Positions 33,001 to 41,634 of a stretch of DNA of 64,000 bases are shown here, piece after piece. Within the stretch, counting starts at the first letter, position 1; every line of letters begins with the position of its first letter. Made by a program: the position numbers and the translations under genes. The stretch is from Thalassobaculaceae bacterium (GTDB taxonomy: Bacteria; Pseudomonadota; Alphaproteobacteria; Thalassobaculales; Thalassobaculaceae). A model generated the notes under the pieces. That model worked only from the letters and a program-made list of their open reading frames with translations. It had not been told where the DNA came from and made no database searches. Location of the stretch: the NCBI GenBank assembly GCA_965228875.1, contig OZ245843.1, positions 4,136,616 through 4,200,615 on the forward strand. Reading direction: 5' to 3'.

Positions 33001-33366
33001 CGCGGTACCTGCCGAAGAGAGCGACCCGTCCGCCTGTCCCCACTGGTTGAGATCCTGGGTCACGATGTGCTGGGTGCCAACGATGGAGTCGTTTTCGTCG
33101 ATGAACTCGATCGTCTCGAAGCGGGCGATGTTCATGGTGGAGATGTCGGCGGTGTGGGAGATCCGCAGCACATCGTCGCCCCAACCGCCGTTGAGCTCGC
33201 CGTCCATCGCGTCGGCGTAGATCGTGTCGTTCCCGTCACCGCCGGACAACGAGTCGTCGCCACCATGGCCATAGATCACATCGTTGCCGGCCATACCGGA
33301 AATGGAGTCGTCACCGGCGTACCCTGAGAGGGTGTCGTCGCCAGATGTACCCGATACGATCGCCAT
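30010..33366 (-). CDS. RTX-type calcium-binding secreted protein with a duplicated internal beta-rich domain
   Basis: Many GGxGxDxL nonapeptides; C-terminal T1SS-like tail SLTLIGVDYTTLSISDFI; no Sec signal; GGAGG RBS. Confidence 0.88.
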   Translation of the reverse strand: MAIVSGTSGDDTLSGYAGDDSISGMAGNDVIYGHGGDDSLSGGDGNDTIYADAMDGELNGGWGDDVLRISHTADISTMNIARFETIEFIDENDSIVGTQHIVTQDLNQWGQADGSLSSAGTAPNGVGAAWLWTPTSAGGSVYDHGGTLSETTTTTYSLYAKSGTSDYLRVRINNNDPEVKVTFSLIDGSVIASTQIGASVEFGSVEIGDGWYQVWVTFPPDDYATNTDMSFQFYSVNASSKGNGESLYAAGPEVTYGTFTPAALDHTAGDDSILGTIASDQLSGGQGNDLISGGDGNDTVWAGDGTDTVSGGDGNDVLFGQTGADLLLGGSGNDVLLGGADTDTLSGGIGDDVLSGGEGSDVLSGGDGDDILSGGAGNDSLTGSSGADALYGGDGADMLLGGIGGDALLGGAGADVLSSGVGADLLSGGYGNDSLYGGTEADSLFGASGNDLLLAGTGADLLSGGDGDDALSGGIGDDTLVAGFGTDTLYGGEGADLFVGSAAELGSDSILGMGTTDAIVVEGDHSSLNASTFDGSIDLGSGAVISVTSDLNVVNAVYDSVAQETTIFLTNSPLTGDDGDDSLHGTIFDELISGSQGNDVIYGHGGADTLSGGDGNDTIYADALDGELNGGWGDDVLRISHTADISTMNIARFETIEFIDDNDSIVGTQHIVTQDLNQWEQADGSLSSAGTAPNGVGAAWLWTPTSAGGSVYDHGGTLSETTTTTYSLYAKSGTSDYLRVRINNNDPEVKVTFSLNDGSVIASTQVGASVDFGSVEIGDGWYQVWVTFPPDNYAANTDMSFQFYSVNASSKGNGETLYAAGPEITYGTFTPAASGFSSSDDTVIGTAASDQLSGGEGNDVVIGLSGSDSIFAGDGADTLSGGEGDDTLVGGAGADVLSGGVGSDVVDYSASPARVVIDMQAGTGLSGDAAGDTLSGIEGVIGSDHDDTVSGTDGADLIYGGAGADLLMGWPGDDTIYGGGGNDSIRGGADADRLFGDDGNDTVWGRGGVDVIYGGDGDDRIGGGDAYGVGAGSDTLVGGTGSDTFVYLDDGDNDVIVDFVGGTDAIDLDGSFGITSQAALDAITSDDGSGNALVSFGGGNSLTLIGVDYTTLSISDFI
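30869..33288. repeat. Intragenic direct repeat, about 710 bp (30869-31578 vs 32579-33288, offset 1710 bp)
   Basis: By-eye comparison; 31101-31327 is identical to 32811-33037; the encoded segments are near-identical. Confidence 0.92.
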
Positions 33367-33656
33367 CGCTCATTTCCTCCGCTTCTGCGACGAGTCCACG
33401 CCATAGTGCTAAAAATAATAGAAAAATAAAGCAATATACAAAATCATTCAGAGTTTCCTAATAATCTATGAGAAAAGTTAAATATTTATCTGTTTATATT
33501 ACTACTTTATCACGAAGTCCTGAGGCCCACGACCTCCTTTCGCATCGGTCGGCCGGCGCTATATAACGGCGTCGAATGATCGGGTTTCGCGACCGGCCCG
33601 CCGTCCCGATGCACGGCCGGCCAGACGGCCGGCGCGGGAGGGAGAGGAACGCCGCC

Positions 33657-35471
33657 ATGAGCCCTTACGCCGCCCCCCTGCGCGACATGCGCTTCGTGCT
33701 GAACGACGTGGTCGGTCTCGACCGTGTCGCCGCCCTGCCCGGGCTCGACGGCACCGACGGCGACCTGGTCGCCCAGATCCTGGAGGAGGGCGGCAGGCTC
33801 GCCGGCGACGTGCTGGCACCGCTGAACGCGGTCGGCGACCGCCAGCATCCGCGTCTCGAGAACGGGGTCGTGCGCACACCCGACGGCTTCGCCGACGCCT
33901 ACCGACAGTTCGCCGAGGGCGGTTGGAACGGGGCGCCGTTCGAGGAGGAATACGGCGGCATGGGCCTGCCCTGGCTGGTGGCGACGGCGCTGCAGGAGAT
34001 GTGGCAGAGCGCAAACCTGGCCTTCGGCCTGTGCCCGCTGCTCACCCAGGCGGCGATCGACGCCCTGCGCGAGGTCGGCTCCGACGAGCAGAAGGCCCTG
34101 TACCTGCCCAAGCTGGTCAGCGGCGAGTGGACCGGCACCATGAACCTGACCGAACCGCAGGCCGGCACCGATCTCGGCGCAATCCGCACCAGGGCGGAGA
34201 AGCGCGACGACGGCAGCTACCGCCTCAAGGGTCAGAAGATCTACATCACATGGGGCGACCACGACTGCACCGACAACATCATCCATCTGGTGCTGGCCCG
34301 CTCGCCCGACGGCATTCCCGGTACCAAGGGCCTGTCGCTTTACATCGTGCCGAAGTTCATCCCGGACGCCGACGGCAACCCCGGCGTGCGCAACGACGTG
34401 CGGCCGGTCGGCCTCGAGCACAAGCTCGGCATCCACGCCAGCCCGACCTGCGTCATGGCCTACGGCGAGGACGAGGGCGCGGTCGGCTGGCTGGTCGGCG
34501 AAGAGAACCGCGGCATCGAGTACATGTTCATCATGATGAACAACGCCCGTCTGGCGGTCGGCCTGCAGGGCGTGGCGATCGCCGAGCGCGCCTACCAGCA
34601 GGCGGTCGACTATGCCCGCAACCGGGTTCAGGGCCGCGCCATCGATGGCTCCCAGGGGAGCTCCGGCGGCGGGGTGACGATCGTCAACCACCCGGACGTG
34701 CGCCGGATGCTGATGACCATGAAGGCGCAGATCGAGGCGATGCGCGGCCTGGTCTACGACACCGCCGCGGCCATCGACATCGCCGACCGGCATGCCGACG
34801 GGGATGTCGCCGCCGCCGCCCAGCGCCGGGTCGACCTGCTGATCCCGGTGGCCAAGGCCTGGTGCACCGACACGGCGGTCGAGATCTGCTCGACCAACAT
34901 CCAGGTCCATGGCGGCATGGGCTTCATCGAGGAGACCGGCGCGGCCCAGCATCACCGCGACGCCCGCATCCTGCCGATCTACGAGGGTGCCAACGGCGTC
35001 CAGGCGCTCGACCTGGTCGGACGCAAGGTCGCTCGCGACGGCGGCGCGGCCATGGGCGAGCTGATCGCCGACATCCACGCCACGCTGGCCGAGCTCAGCG
35101 CCGAGACGGCGAGCGACACCTCGCTGAACGCGATCCACCGGCATCTCTCGGCCGGGGTCACGGCGCTGTCGTCGGCGACGGAGTGGGTCGTGGTCACCAT
35201 GCCGGGCGACCCGGCGGCGGTCGCCTCGCAGTCGGCGGTGCTGCTGCGCATGCTGGGCCTGGTGGTGGGCGGCTGGATCATGGCGCGCTCGGCGCTGGCG
35301 GCGCGCGCCCAGATCCGGGACGGGGCCAACGGCGATACCCGGTATCTGGAGGCAAAGCTGGTGACGGTGCACCACTATGCCGACCACGTCCTCGCCCAGG
35401 CGCCGAGCCTGCTGGGAACGATCACCGCGGGCGGCGCGACGGTGATGGCGCTCGCCGAAGATCAGTTCTGA
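33657..35471 (+). CDS. Acyl-CoA dehydrogenase (DmdC-like long family)
   Basis: GTMNLTEPQAGTDLG, GQKIYITWGDHD, EHKLGIHASPTC, QVHGGMGFIEE, PIYEG. Confidence 0.92.
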   Translation: MSPYAAPLRDMRFVLNDVVGLDRVAALPGLDGTDGDLVAQILEEGGRLAGDVLAPLNAVGDRQHPRLENGVVRTPDGFADAYRQFAEGGWNGAPFEEEYGGMGLPWLVATALQEMWQSANLAFGLCPLLTQAAIDALREVGSDEQKALYLPKLVSGEWTGTMNLTEPQAGTDLGAIRTRAEKRDDGSYRLKGQKIYITWGDHDCTDNIIHLVLARSPDGIPGTKGLSLYIVPKFIPDADGNPGVRNDVRPVGLEHKLGIHASPTCVMAYGEDEGAVGWLVGEENRGIEYMFIMMNNARLAVGLQGVAIAERAYQQAVDYARNRVQGRAIDGSQGSSGGGVTIVNHPDVRRMLMTMKAQIEAMRGLVYDTAAAIDIADRHADGDVAAAAQRRVDLLIPVAKAWCTDTAVEICSTNIQVHGGMGFIEETGAAQHHRDARILPIYEGANGVQALDLVGRKVARDGGAAMGELIADIHATLAELSAETASDTSLNAIHRHLSAGVTALSSATEWVVVTMPGDPAAVASQSAVLLRMLGLVVGGWIMARSALAARAQIRDGANGDTRYLEAKLVTVHHYADHVLAQAPSLLGTITAGGATVMALAEDQF

Positions 35472-35501
35472 GCCGGAGCTGGCGGTCGGCCGGGGCCACC
35501 G

Positions 35502-36125
35502 TCAGTCGATGATCCCCTCCAGCGGGTTCAGCCGGAAGCCCACGCTCGGCGAGACGGAGATCGTGCCCAGGATCGGCGGCTCGCCGCGGTCGCGCTGGCG
35601 GTCGTCCATGGCGAACATCTCGCGGATGCCGGCGCGGACCATCTCGCGGAAGGACGGGTCGGACAGGGCGGCGAGTTTCGGTCCGCCGACCCGCGTCCCG
35701 GCCAGCGACTCGCCGCGGGTGCAGAATGCCAGAAACAGGTTGGTGCGGTCGGTGAATCGGGCCGCCGCCAGGTCGCCCGACGTCGCGTCCGAGCGGCAGA
35801 CCGCTTCGGTGCTCAGGGAGTCCGCCGGGTCGAACAGCGCGACGATCCGGAAGTCCGGGTGCGCGGCCCGGGAGATGTCGGCGGTGAAGGTGGTGTCCAT
35901 GGCGAAGACCGCGCCGCTGGCGGCTTCCGCAGCGGCTGCGCCGACCCGGCCGTGATCGCCGAGTTCGATCGGCGGGTTGGCGGCGCGCAGATAGACCGGC
36001 CCGCTCGATCCGGCGTACCGCAGATAGGCGCGGCGCCCCTCGGAGTCGGTCGCCTGGATGGTGTTGCGGGCGGTGACGCAGCCGGCCAGCGCGAGCAGGC
36101 AGAGTCCGAGCACGATGATGCGCAT
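35502..36125 (-). CDS. Hypothetical lipoprotein
   Basis: MRIIVLGLCLLALAG-C lipobox; no family recognised. Confidence 0.7.
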   Translation of the reverse strand: MRIIVLGLCLLALAGCVTARNTIQATDSEGRRAYLRYAGSSGPVYLRAANPPIELGDHGRVGAAAAEAASGAVFAMDTTFTADISRAAHPDFRIVALFDPADSLSTEAVCRSDATSGDLAAARFTDRTNLFLAFCTRGESLAGTRVGGPKLAALSDPSFREMVRAGIREMFAMDDRQRDRGEPPILGTISVSPSVGFRLNPLEGIID

Positions 36126-36331
36126 GTCGCGTTTCCGTTGTTGCCGTTGCCAACCCGCCGCATGTCGGGATGTGTGCACGCTCGCCAACGCCGGCAAGGC
36201 CGGATTCCGTCGCGGACGCGTGAACCATGCCCCGGCTTCAACCGTCCAGGCTGGAACCACGCCGGTTTCGACCACGCCGACTTCAACCGGCGCGCCGGCT
36301 CGGCTAAGGTCCACATGGGAGGAGACACAGC

Positions 36332-36892
36332 ATGACCGACGCCACGCCCGTCGCCAGCCCCGATGCCGTCCTGGCGTTCTGGTTCGAGGAATGCGGTTTC
36401 GCGGACTGGTTCCAGAAGAGCGACGCCTTCGACGCGACCCTGCGCGCGCGGTTCGGGGCGACCCATGCGGCCGCCTGCGACGGCGGTCTCGACGGCTGGG
36501 AGGAGACGCGGGACGGGCGGATGGCGCTGATCCTGCTGCTCGACCAGATGTCGCGGAATCTCCACCGCGGCGACCCCCGCGCCTTCGCGCAGGATGGCCG
36601 GGCGCGCGCGGTGGCCCGCCGGTCGATCGCGCTCGGCGACCATGCGGTCTCGCCTCCGGAGCGCTGCCTGTTCCTGTACCTGCCCTTCGAGCACAGCGAG
36701 TCGGCGGCCGACCAGGCCCTGTGCATGGCGCTGTACCGCGCCTTGGGCAACGCCGAGTGGACGGAATACGCGCGCCAGCATCAGGTCATCGTCGACCGGT
36801 TCGGCCGCTTTCCGCATCGCAACGAGATCCTCGGCCGGGAGAGCACCGCGGAGGAGATCGAGTTCCTCAAGCAACCCAATTCGTCGTTCTGA
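36332..36892 (+). CDS. DUF924 family protein
   Basis: VLAFWF, ILLLDQMSRN, FLYLPFEHSE, RFGRFPHRNEILGRESTAEE. Confidence 0.92.
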   Translation: MTDATPVASPDAVLAFWFEECGFADWFQKSDAFDATLRARFGATHAAACDGGLDGWEETRDGRMALILLLDQMSRNLHRGDPRAFAQDGRARAVARRSIALGDHAVSPPERCLFLYLPFEHSESAADQALCMALYRALGNAEWTEYARQHQVIVDRFGRFPHRNEILGRESTAEEIEFLKQPNSSF

Positions 36893-36935
36893 CGCCATTC
36901 ATCAAGACCGCGCCCCACAACGAAGGACGCCGCCC

Positions 36936-37877
36936 GTGAGCACCAAACCCGATCTACTCGTCGTCTCCCCCTGGTACTCCGCCGCCATGGCCGAGCTGGA
37001 GGACCACTTCACCGTTCACAAGCTCTGGAAGGCCGAGGACAAGGGCGCGCTGCTCGCCTCGCTCGCCGATACCTGCGAGGCGATCGCCGGCTCCTCGGTG
37101 TGCGGCGCCGACATCATGGACGCGCTGCCCAAGACCAAGGTGATCGCCCATCACGGAGTCGGGTACGACGGGGTCGACGTCGCCGCCGCGACGGCGCGCG
37201 GGATCAAGGTGTCGAACACCCCGGATGTGCTGAGCGACGAGGTCGCCGATTTCGCCATCGGCCTGCTGATCGCCACCTGCCGCCGCATCCCCCAGGCCGA
37301 CCGCTACGTGCGCGAGGGCCGGTGGGAGAGCGACGGCGACATGATGTTCACCACCCGGGTGCACGGGCGCAGGGTCGGCATCCTCGGCCTCGGGCGCATC
37401 GGCATCGAGATCGCCCGGCGCTGCGAGGCGTTCAAGATGGACATCGCCTATCACACCCGCAGCAGGCGGGACGTGCCCTACACTTACTACGACAGCCTGG
37501 TGGCCATGGCGCGGGACGTCGACTTCCTGATTGCCATCGTTCCCGGCGGGGCGGGGACCCGGCACATGGTCGACCGCGCCGTGCTCGACGCGCTCGGCCC
37601 CAAGGGCGTCCTCGTGAACGTGGCGCGCGGGAGCGTGGTCGACGAGGAGGCGCTGATCGCCGCCCTGCGTGACGGTAGCCTCGGGGCGGCCGGCCTCGAC
37701 GTGTTCGACGCCGAGCCGCGCGTGCCCGAGGCGCTGAAGCAGATGACGGAGAACGTGGTCCTGCAGCCGCACCAGGCGAGCGCCACCCACGATACCCGCC
37801 TCGCCATGGGTCGGCTGGTGATGGAGAACGCTCTCGCCGGGCTCGCCGGCAAGCCGCTGATCACGCCGGTGAATTAG
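36936..37877 (+). CDS. D-isomer-specific 2-hydroxyacid dehydrogenase
   Basis: GVGYDGVD, NTPDVL, GILGLGRIG, NVARGSVVDE, GLDVF, PHQASAT; GTG start after GAAGGA. Confidence 0.92.
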   Translation: MSTKPDLLVVSPWYSAAMAELEDHFTVHKLWKAEDKGALLASLADTCEAIAGSSVCGADIMDALPKTKVIAHHGVGYDGVDVAAATARGIKVSNTPDVLSDEVADFAIGLLIATCRRIPQADRYVREGRWESDGDMMFTTRVHGRRVGILGLGRIGIEIARRCEAFKMDIAYHTRSRRDVPYTYYDSLVAMARDVDFLIAIVPGGAGTRHMVDRAVLDALGPKGVLVNVARGSVVDEEALIAALRDGSLGAAGLDVFDAEPRVPEALKQMTENVVLQPHQASATHDTRLAMGRLVMENALAGLAGKPLITPVN

Positions 37878-37989
37878 AGCAGATCACGATCAAGTGGCAG
37901 CGTCTGATCCAGTGACCTTGCTCTGTCATTAGTGACTTACAGCGCGATCGGTCAGATCGATCCGACCTGACCGATCGCCGGTTCCATAG
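37875..37989 (+). repeat. ~115-bp palindromic intergenic repeat, copy D (diverged)
   Basis: TAGAGCAGATCACGATCAAG..., TTGCTCTGTCATTAGTGACTTA, GGTCAGATCGATCCGACCTGACC hairpin. Confidence 0.8.
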
Positions 37990-38029
37990 CCGGCTGGTCC
38001 TCCGGTCGGATGTCGCTGTCTTGTCGTCG

Positions 38030-38052
38030 GGAATGTTATAACATAACATATC
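38030..38052. promoter_or_regulatory. Zur box
   Basis: GGAATGTTATAACATAACATATC versus consensus GAAATGTTATA-N-TATAACATTTC; upstream of a COG0523 GTPase. Confidence 0.85.
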
Positions 38053-38185
38053 GACTGCAGCTCGAAGACCCGACCTCGGTCACCCGGTCCGCCTGACGCT
38101 TGTGGCGCCCGGGAACGTCGGGCTTCGCGCGCGACGCGACATGTGATCGACATCCACGGCGCTACAGCGACCGTGAGGGGGAACC

Positions 38186-39403
38186 ATGAAACCGATCGAC
38201 AACCGACTTCCCGTTACCGTCCTGTCCGGGTTTCTGGGCGCAGGCAAGACCACCCTGCTCAACCGGATCCTGAACAACCGCGAGGGCCGCCGCGTCGCGG
38301 TCATCGTCAACGACATGTCCGAGGTCAACATCGACGCCGACCTGGTGCGCGCCGACACCGAACTCAGCCGCACCGACGAGACCCTGGTGGAGATGTCGAA
38401 CGGCTGCATCTGCTGCACGCTGCGGGACGATCTGCTGGCGGAGGTGCGCCGCCTCGCCCGGGAGGGACGGTTCGACTACCTGCTGATCGAGTCGACCGGG
38501 ATCTCCGAGCCGTTGCCCGTGGCCGCCACCTTCGAGTTCCGCGACGAGCACGGCCAGAGTCTCTCCGACGTCGCGCGGCTCGACACCATGGTGACGGTCG
38601 TCGACGCGGTGAACCTGCTCGGGGACTACTCCAGCCACGACTTCCTGCGCGACAGGGGGGAGACCCTGGGCGAGGAGGACGAGCGGACGCTGGTGCATCT
38701 CCTCACCGATCAGATCGAGTTCGCGGACGTGGTGGTCCTGAACAAGGTGGCGGACGCCTCGGCCGACCAGGTCGACGCGGCGCGCAAGATCGTCCGCAGC
38801 CTGAACGCCGACGCGCGGGTCATCGAGACGAACCGTTCCGACGTGCGCGCGGACGCGATCCTCGACACCGGGCTGTTCGACTTCGACAAGGCCCACGAGC
38901 ACCCGCTGTGGGCGAAGGAACTCTACGGCTTCGCGGACCACGTCCCGGAGACCGAGGAGTACGGCGTGACCAGTCACGTCTACCGGGCGCGTCGACCCTT
39001 CGTGCCGGCCAAGATCAAGGCGATCCTGGACGGAGACCTGGCCGGCGTGATCCGTGCCAAGGGGCATTTCTGGCTCGCCACGCGGCCCGAGTGGGTGCTG
39101 GAGTTCTCGCTCGCCGGGGCGCTGTCGAGCGTGGAGCCGCTGGGCACCTGGTGGGCCGCCGTGCCGCAGGAACGCTGGCCGGACAGCGAGGCGGCGCGCG
39201 ACTATCTCAAGGCGAACTGGCAGGACCCCTGGGGCGATCGGCGTCAGGAGATCGTTTTCATCGGCAGCGGCATCGACTGGCTGGCGCTGAAGGGCCGGCT
39301 CGACGACGCCCTCCTGCCGGTCACTGCCGCGGACGGTCCGGATAACCTGCCGGACCTTCCGGATCCGTTTCCGGTCTGGCGGCGCAGGGACGCGGCGGCG
39401 TGA
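38186..39403 (+). CDS. COG0523 G3E GTPase, zinc metallochaperone (YciC/ZigA-like)
   Basis: [18 protein letters not shown] (CxCC), [32 protein letters not shown]. Confidence 0.92.
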   Translation: MKPIDNRLPVTVLSGFLGAGKTTLLNRILNNREGRRVAVIVNDMSEVNIDADLVRADTELSRTDETLVEMSNGCICCTLRDDLLAEVRRLAREGRFDYLLIESTGISEPLPVAATFEFRDEHGQSLSDVARLDTMVTVVDAVNLLGDYSSHDFLRDRGETLGEEDERTLVHLLTDQIEFADVVVLNKVADASADQVDAARKIVRSLNADARVIETNRSDVRADAILDTGLFDFDKAHEHPLWAKELYGFADHVPETEEYGVTSHVYRARRPFVPAKIKAILDGDLAGVIRAKGHFWLATRPEWVLEFSLAGALSSVEPLGTWWAAVPQERWPDSEAARDYLKANWQDPWGDRRQEIVFIGSGIDWLALKGRLDDALLPVTAADGPDNLPDLPDPFPVWRRRDAAA

Positions 39404-39412
39404 CACGCGATC

Positions 39413-40582
39413 TCAGCCGTCGCCGTCCGCTGCGGCGCGGGCGACCGGCAGCCCGCTCAGGGCCGCGGCTCCCAGCGAGAACGCTGCGGCAAGCGCGAAC
39501 ATGTGCTCCCAGGAGACCCCGGCGGCCATGCCCGCGAGCACGGCGCCGAACGCCCCGATCCCATCCATGAGCACGAAGGCGAGCCCGAGGGTGGTGCCCT
39601 CGCTGTGGTTCGTGTGGTCGACCGCCGCCGCCAGCATCGCCGGTCGGATGGCGTCCAACGCGGCGACGCCGACCGCCATGAAGACGATCGTCGACCAGAA
39701 TGCGGTGTCGAGCGTCAGCGCGCCGACGGCGATCCCGGCCGCCACGTTGCCGATCACGAGAACCGGTCGGCGCCCGGCCCGGTCGGAGAGCCTTCCGACC
39801 CAGGGCTGGGCAAGCGCGCCGGCGACGAGGAGGGCGGCGAAGATGATGCCGATGGCGGACGGAGCGAGGCCGTGTGCCGCCGCAAGATACAGCGGAATCA
39901 TGCTGAGCAGCGCGAACAGAGCCATGTTGTAGAGGCAGATCGTGCCGATGATTCGCAGCCCGCTCGCCTGACGCCACGCGTTCAGCAGGTCTAGGAGGGC
40001 GTGACGGCTCACCACCCGTCTTTCGACGCGCGGGACGGCTCGGGCCACCCAAACGAAGCAGACGCCCAGAAGAACCGTCGGCAGGACCGAGACGACCAGA
40101 GCGGCCCGCCAGTCGACGATGGCGAGCAGGAAGCCGACCGACAGCGGGGCCAGCACCTCGGCAAAGGATCCGCCGATGGCATGTATCCCCAGGGCCTGGG
40201 CCCGCCCTCGCCTGTTGTCACGTGTCAGCACACCGGTGGCGATCGGATGCCAGGCCGCATTGCCCATTCCGGCCAGCGCAAGAAGGATTGCCAAGCTCCA
40301 GAAGTCCGGGGCGAGAGCCGCCAGCGCGTAGCCGATGGCGACCCAGAAGAAGGTCGCCACCAGCAGTCGGCCTCTGTTCGACACGTGGTCGGAAAGGAAT
40401 CCCGCCGGGACATAAGCGAGCGCGCCGCCGATGCTGAACAGGGTGAACAGAAGACCGATCTGGGTTGGCGAGAGGTCCATGGCCAGCCCCGCGGCCGGGA
40501 CGATCAGCCAGAGGGCGGCGATCGGCCAGTCGTTGGCCAGATGCCCCAGGGCGAACCAGACGAGGAATGCGCGCTTGCTCAT
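39413..40582 (-). CDS. MFS transporter
   Basis: Multiple hydrophobic helices, GFLSD...GR and GRLSDRAGRR motif A, WHP motif. Confidence 0.88.
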   Translation of the reverse strand: MSKRAFLVWFALGHLANDWPIAALWLIVPAAGLAMDLSPTQIGLLFTLFSIGGALAYVPAGFLSDHVSNRGRLLVATFFWVAIGYALAALAPDFWSLAILLALAGMGNAAWHPIATGVLTRDNRRGRAQALGIHAIGGSFAEVLAPLSVGFLLAIVDWRAALVVSVLPTVLLGVCFVWVARAVPRVERRVVSRHALLDLLNAWRQASGLRIIGTICLYNMALFALLSMIPLYLAAAHGLAPSAIGIIFAALLVAGALAQPWVGRLSDRAGRRPVLVIGNVAAGIAVGALTLDTAFWSTIVFMAVGVAALDAIRPAMLAAAVDHTNHSEGTTLGLAFVLMDGIGAFGAVLAGMAAGVSWEHMFALAAAFSLGAAALSGLPVARAAADGDG

Positions 40583-40705
40583 GGCGGGTACGGCTTTCGC
40601 TGCGACAACGCGGACGGACGGGGTTATCCGCTTCTGAAAGCTAGGTCATTCTGGTATGTCGATCTGTCGAAACGAAGGCATTCTAAGTCGAGGAATCGTC
40701 ACGCC

Positions 40706-41503
40706 ATGGTCGACCGACCCGCTGTCCTGCAGCCTGATCCCGTGGTGGGGGACCGGCCTCGGTATCTCAGTGAGACGATCAGGCCCGACACGGGCGAGAG
40801 CTACGGCTGGCACACCCATGACTACGGCCAGCTGATCTCGGCGGTTTCGGGGTCGATGTTCGTCGGAACCCCGCAGCGCGTCCTTCTGCTGAGCCCGGCC
40901 ATGGCCGTCTGGATACCGCCTGATACGGCGCACTGGATGCGCTACGGCGCGGACAACGTCATGCTCTATGTCGACGTGAACCGCGAAGAGGCGGGGAGCC
41001 TCGGTGGCGCCTGCCGGGTCGTGGCGATGACCGCTCTGCTGGGCGCGCTGTTCGGCGCGACGGCGCCCGAGCGCACGGGCGCGAGAGGCGACCCGCACAA
41101 CGCCGCCCTGCACGACCTTCTGCGGTGCGAACTGCTCAACGCGCCGGACGTGCCGCTGTCGCTCGCCATGCCGCAGGACGATCGGGTCCGAGGCCTCGCG
41201 CAGTCGGCCCTTGAGGATCCGAGCGCCGTCGGTTCCGTCGAGGCGTGGCTGGCGCCGGCGCCGGCGAGCCGGAAGACGGTCGAGCGCATTTTCATCTCGG
41301 AGACCGGAATGACGCCCTCGCGATGGCTGCGTCACGCCCGGGTCCTCCACGCGATCTCGCTTCTGGCGGCCGGCTGGAAGGTCACCTCTGTGGCACTGGA
41401 ACTGGGCTACGGCTCGTCCAGTGCGTTCAGCTACATGTTCCGGCAGACCATCGGCAGAAGTCCGAGCGATTTTCTGGGACGGCAGCCGTCCGGCATGGTC
41501 TGA
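40706..41503 (+). CDS. AraC-family regulator with cupin domain (NimR-like)
   Basis: WHTHDYGQL, AVWIPP..H, C-terminal VALELGYGSSSAFSYMFR; divergent from the MFS gene. Confidence 0.88.
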   Translation: MVDRPAVLQPDPVVGDRPRYLSETIRPDTGESYGWHTHDYGQLISAVSGSMFVGTPQRVLLLSPAMAVWIPPDTAHWMRYGADNVMLYVDVNREEAGSLGGACRVVAMTALLGALFGATAPERTGARGDPHNAALHDLLRCELLNAPDVPLSLAMPQDDRVRGLAQSALEDPSAVGSVEAWLAPAPASRKTVERIFISETGMTPSRWLRHARVLHAISLLAAGWKVTSVALELGYGSSSAFSYMFRQTIGRSPSDFLGRQPSGMV

Positions 41504-41517
41504 GCATCGATCGAACT

Positions 41518-41634
41518 CTGGAGCACATCTCGATCAGATGGATACATCTGATCGTGTGAATTTGCTCTCTTTTTAATGGTTTAGAGGGCGATTCAGGCAT
41601 CAGATCGATGCGATCTGAAGCGATCGCAGTCTAG
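41518..41634 (+). repeat. ~116-bp palindromic intergenic repeat, copy E
   Basis: CGATCAGATG-GATA-CATCTGATCG and TCAGATCG-ATG-CGATCTGA hairpins; ends GCAGTCTAG; close match to copy A. Confidence 0.9.

Noticed and set aside
17844..41634. The palindromic repeats as a CRISPR array or integron attC array
   Set aside because: Copies are ~116 bp, kilobases apart and in both orientations; there are no spacers, cas genes, integrase or GTTRRRY core sites.
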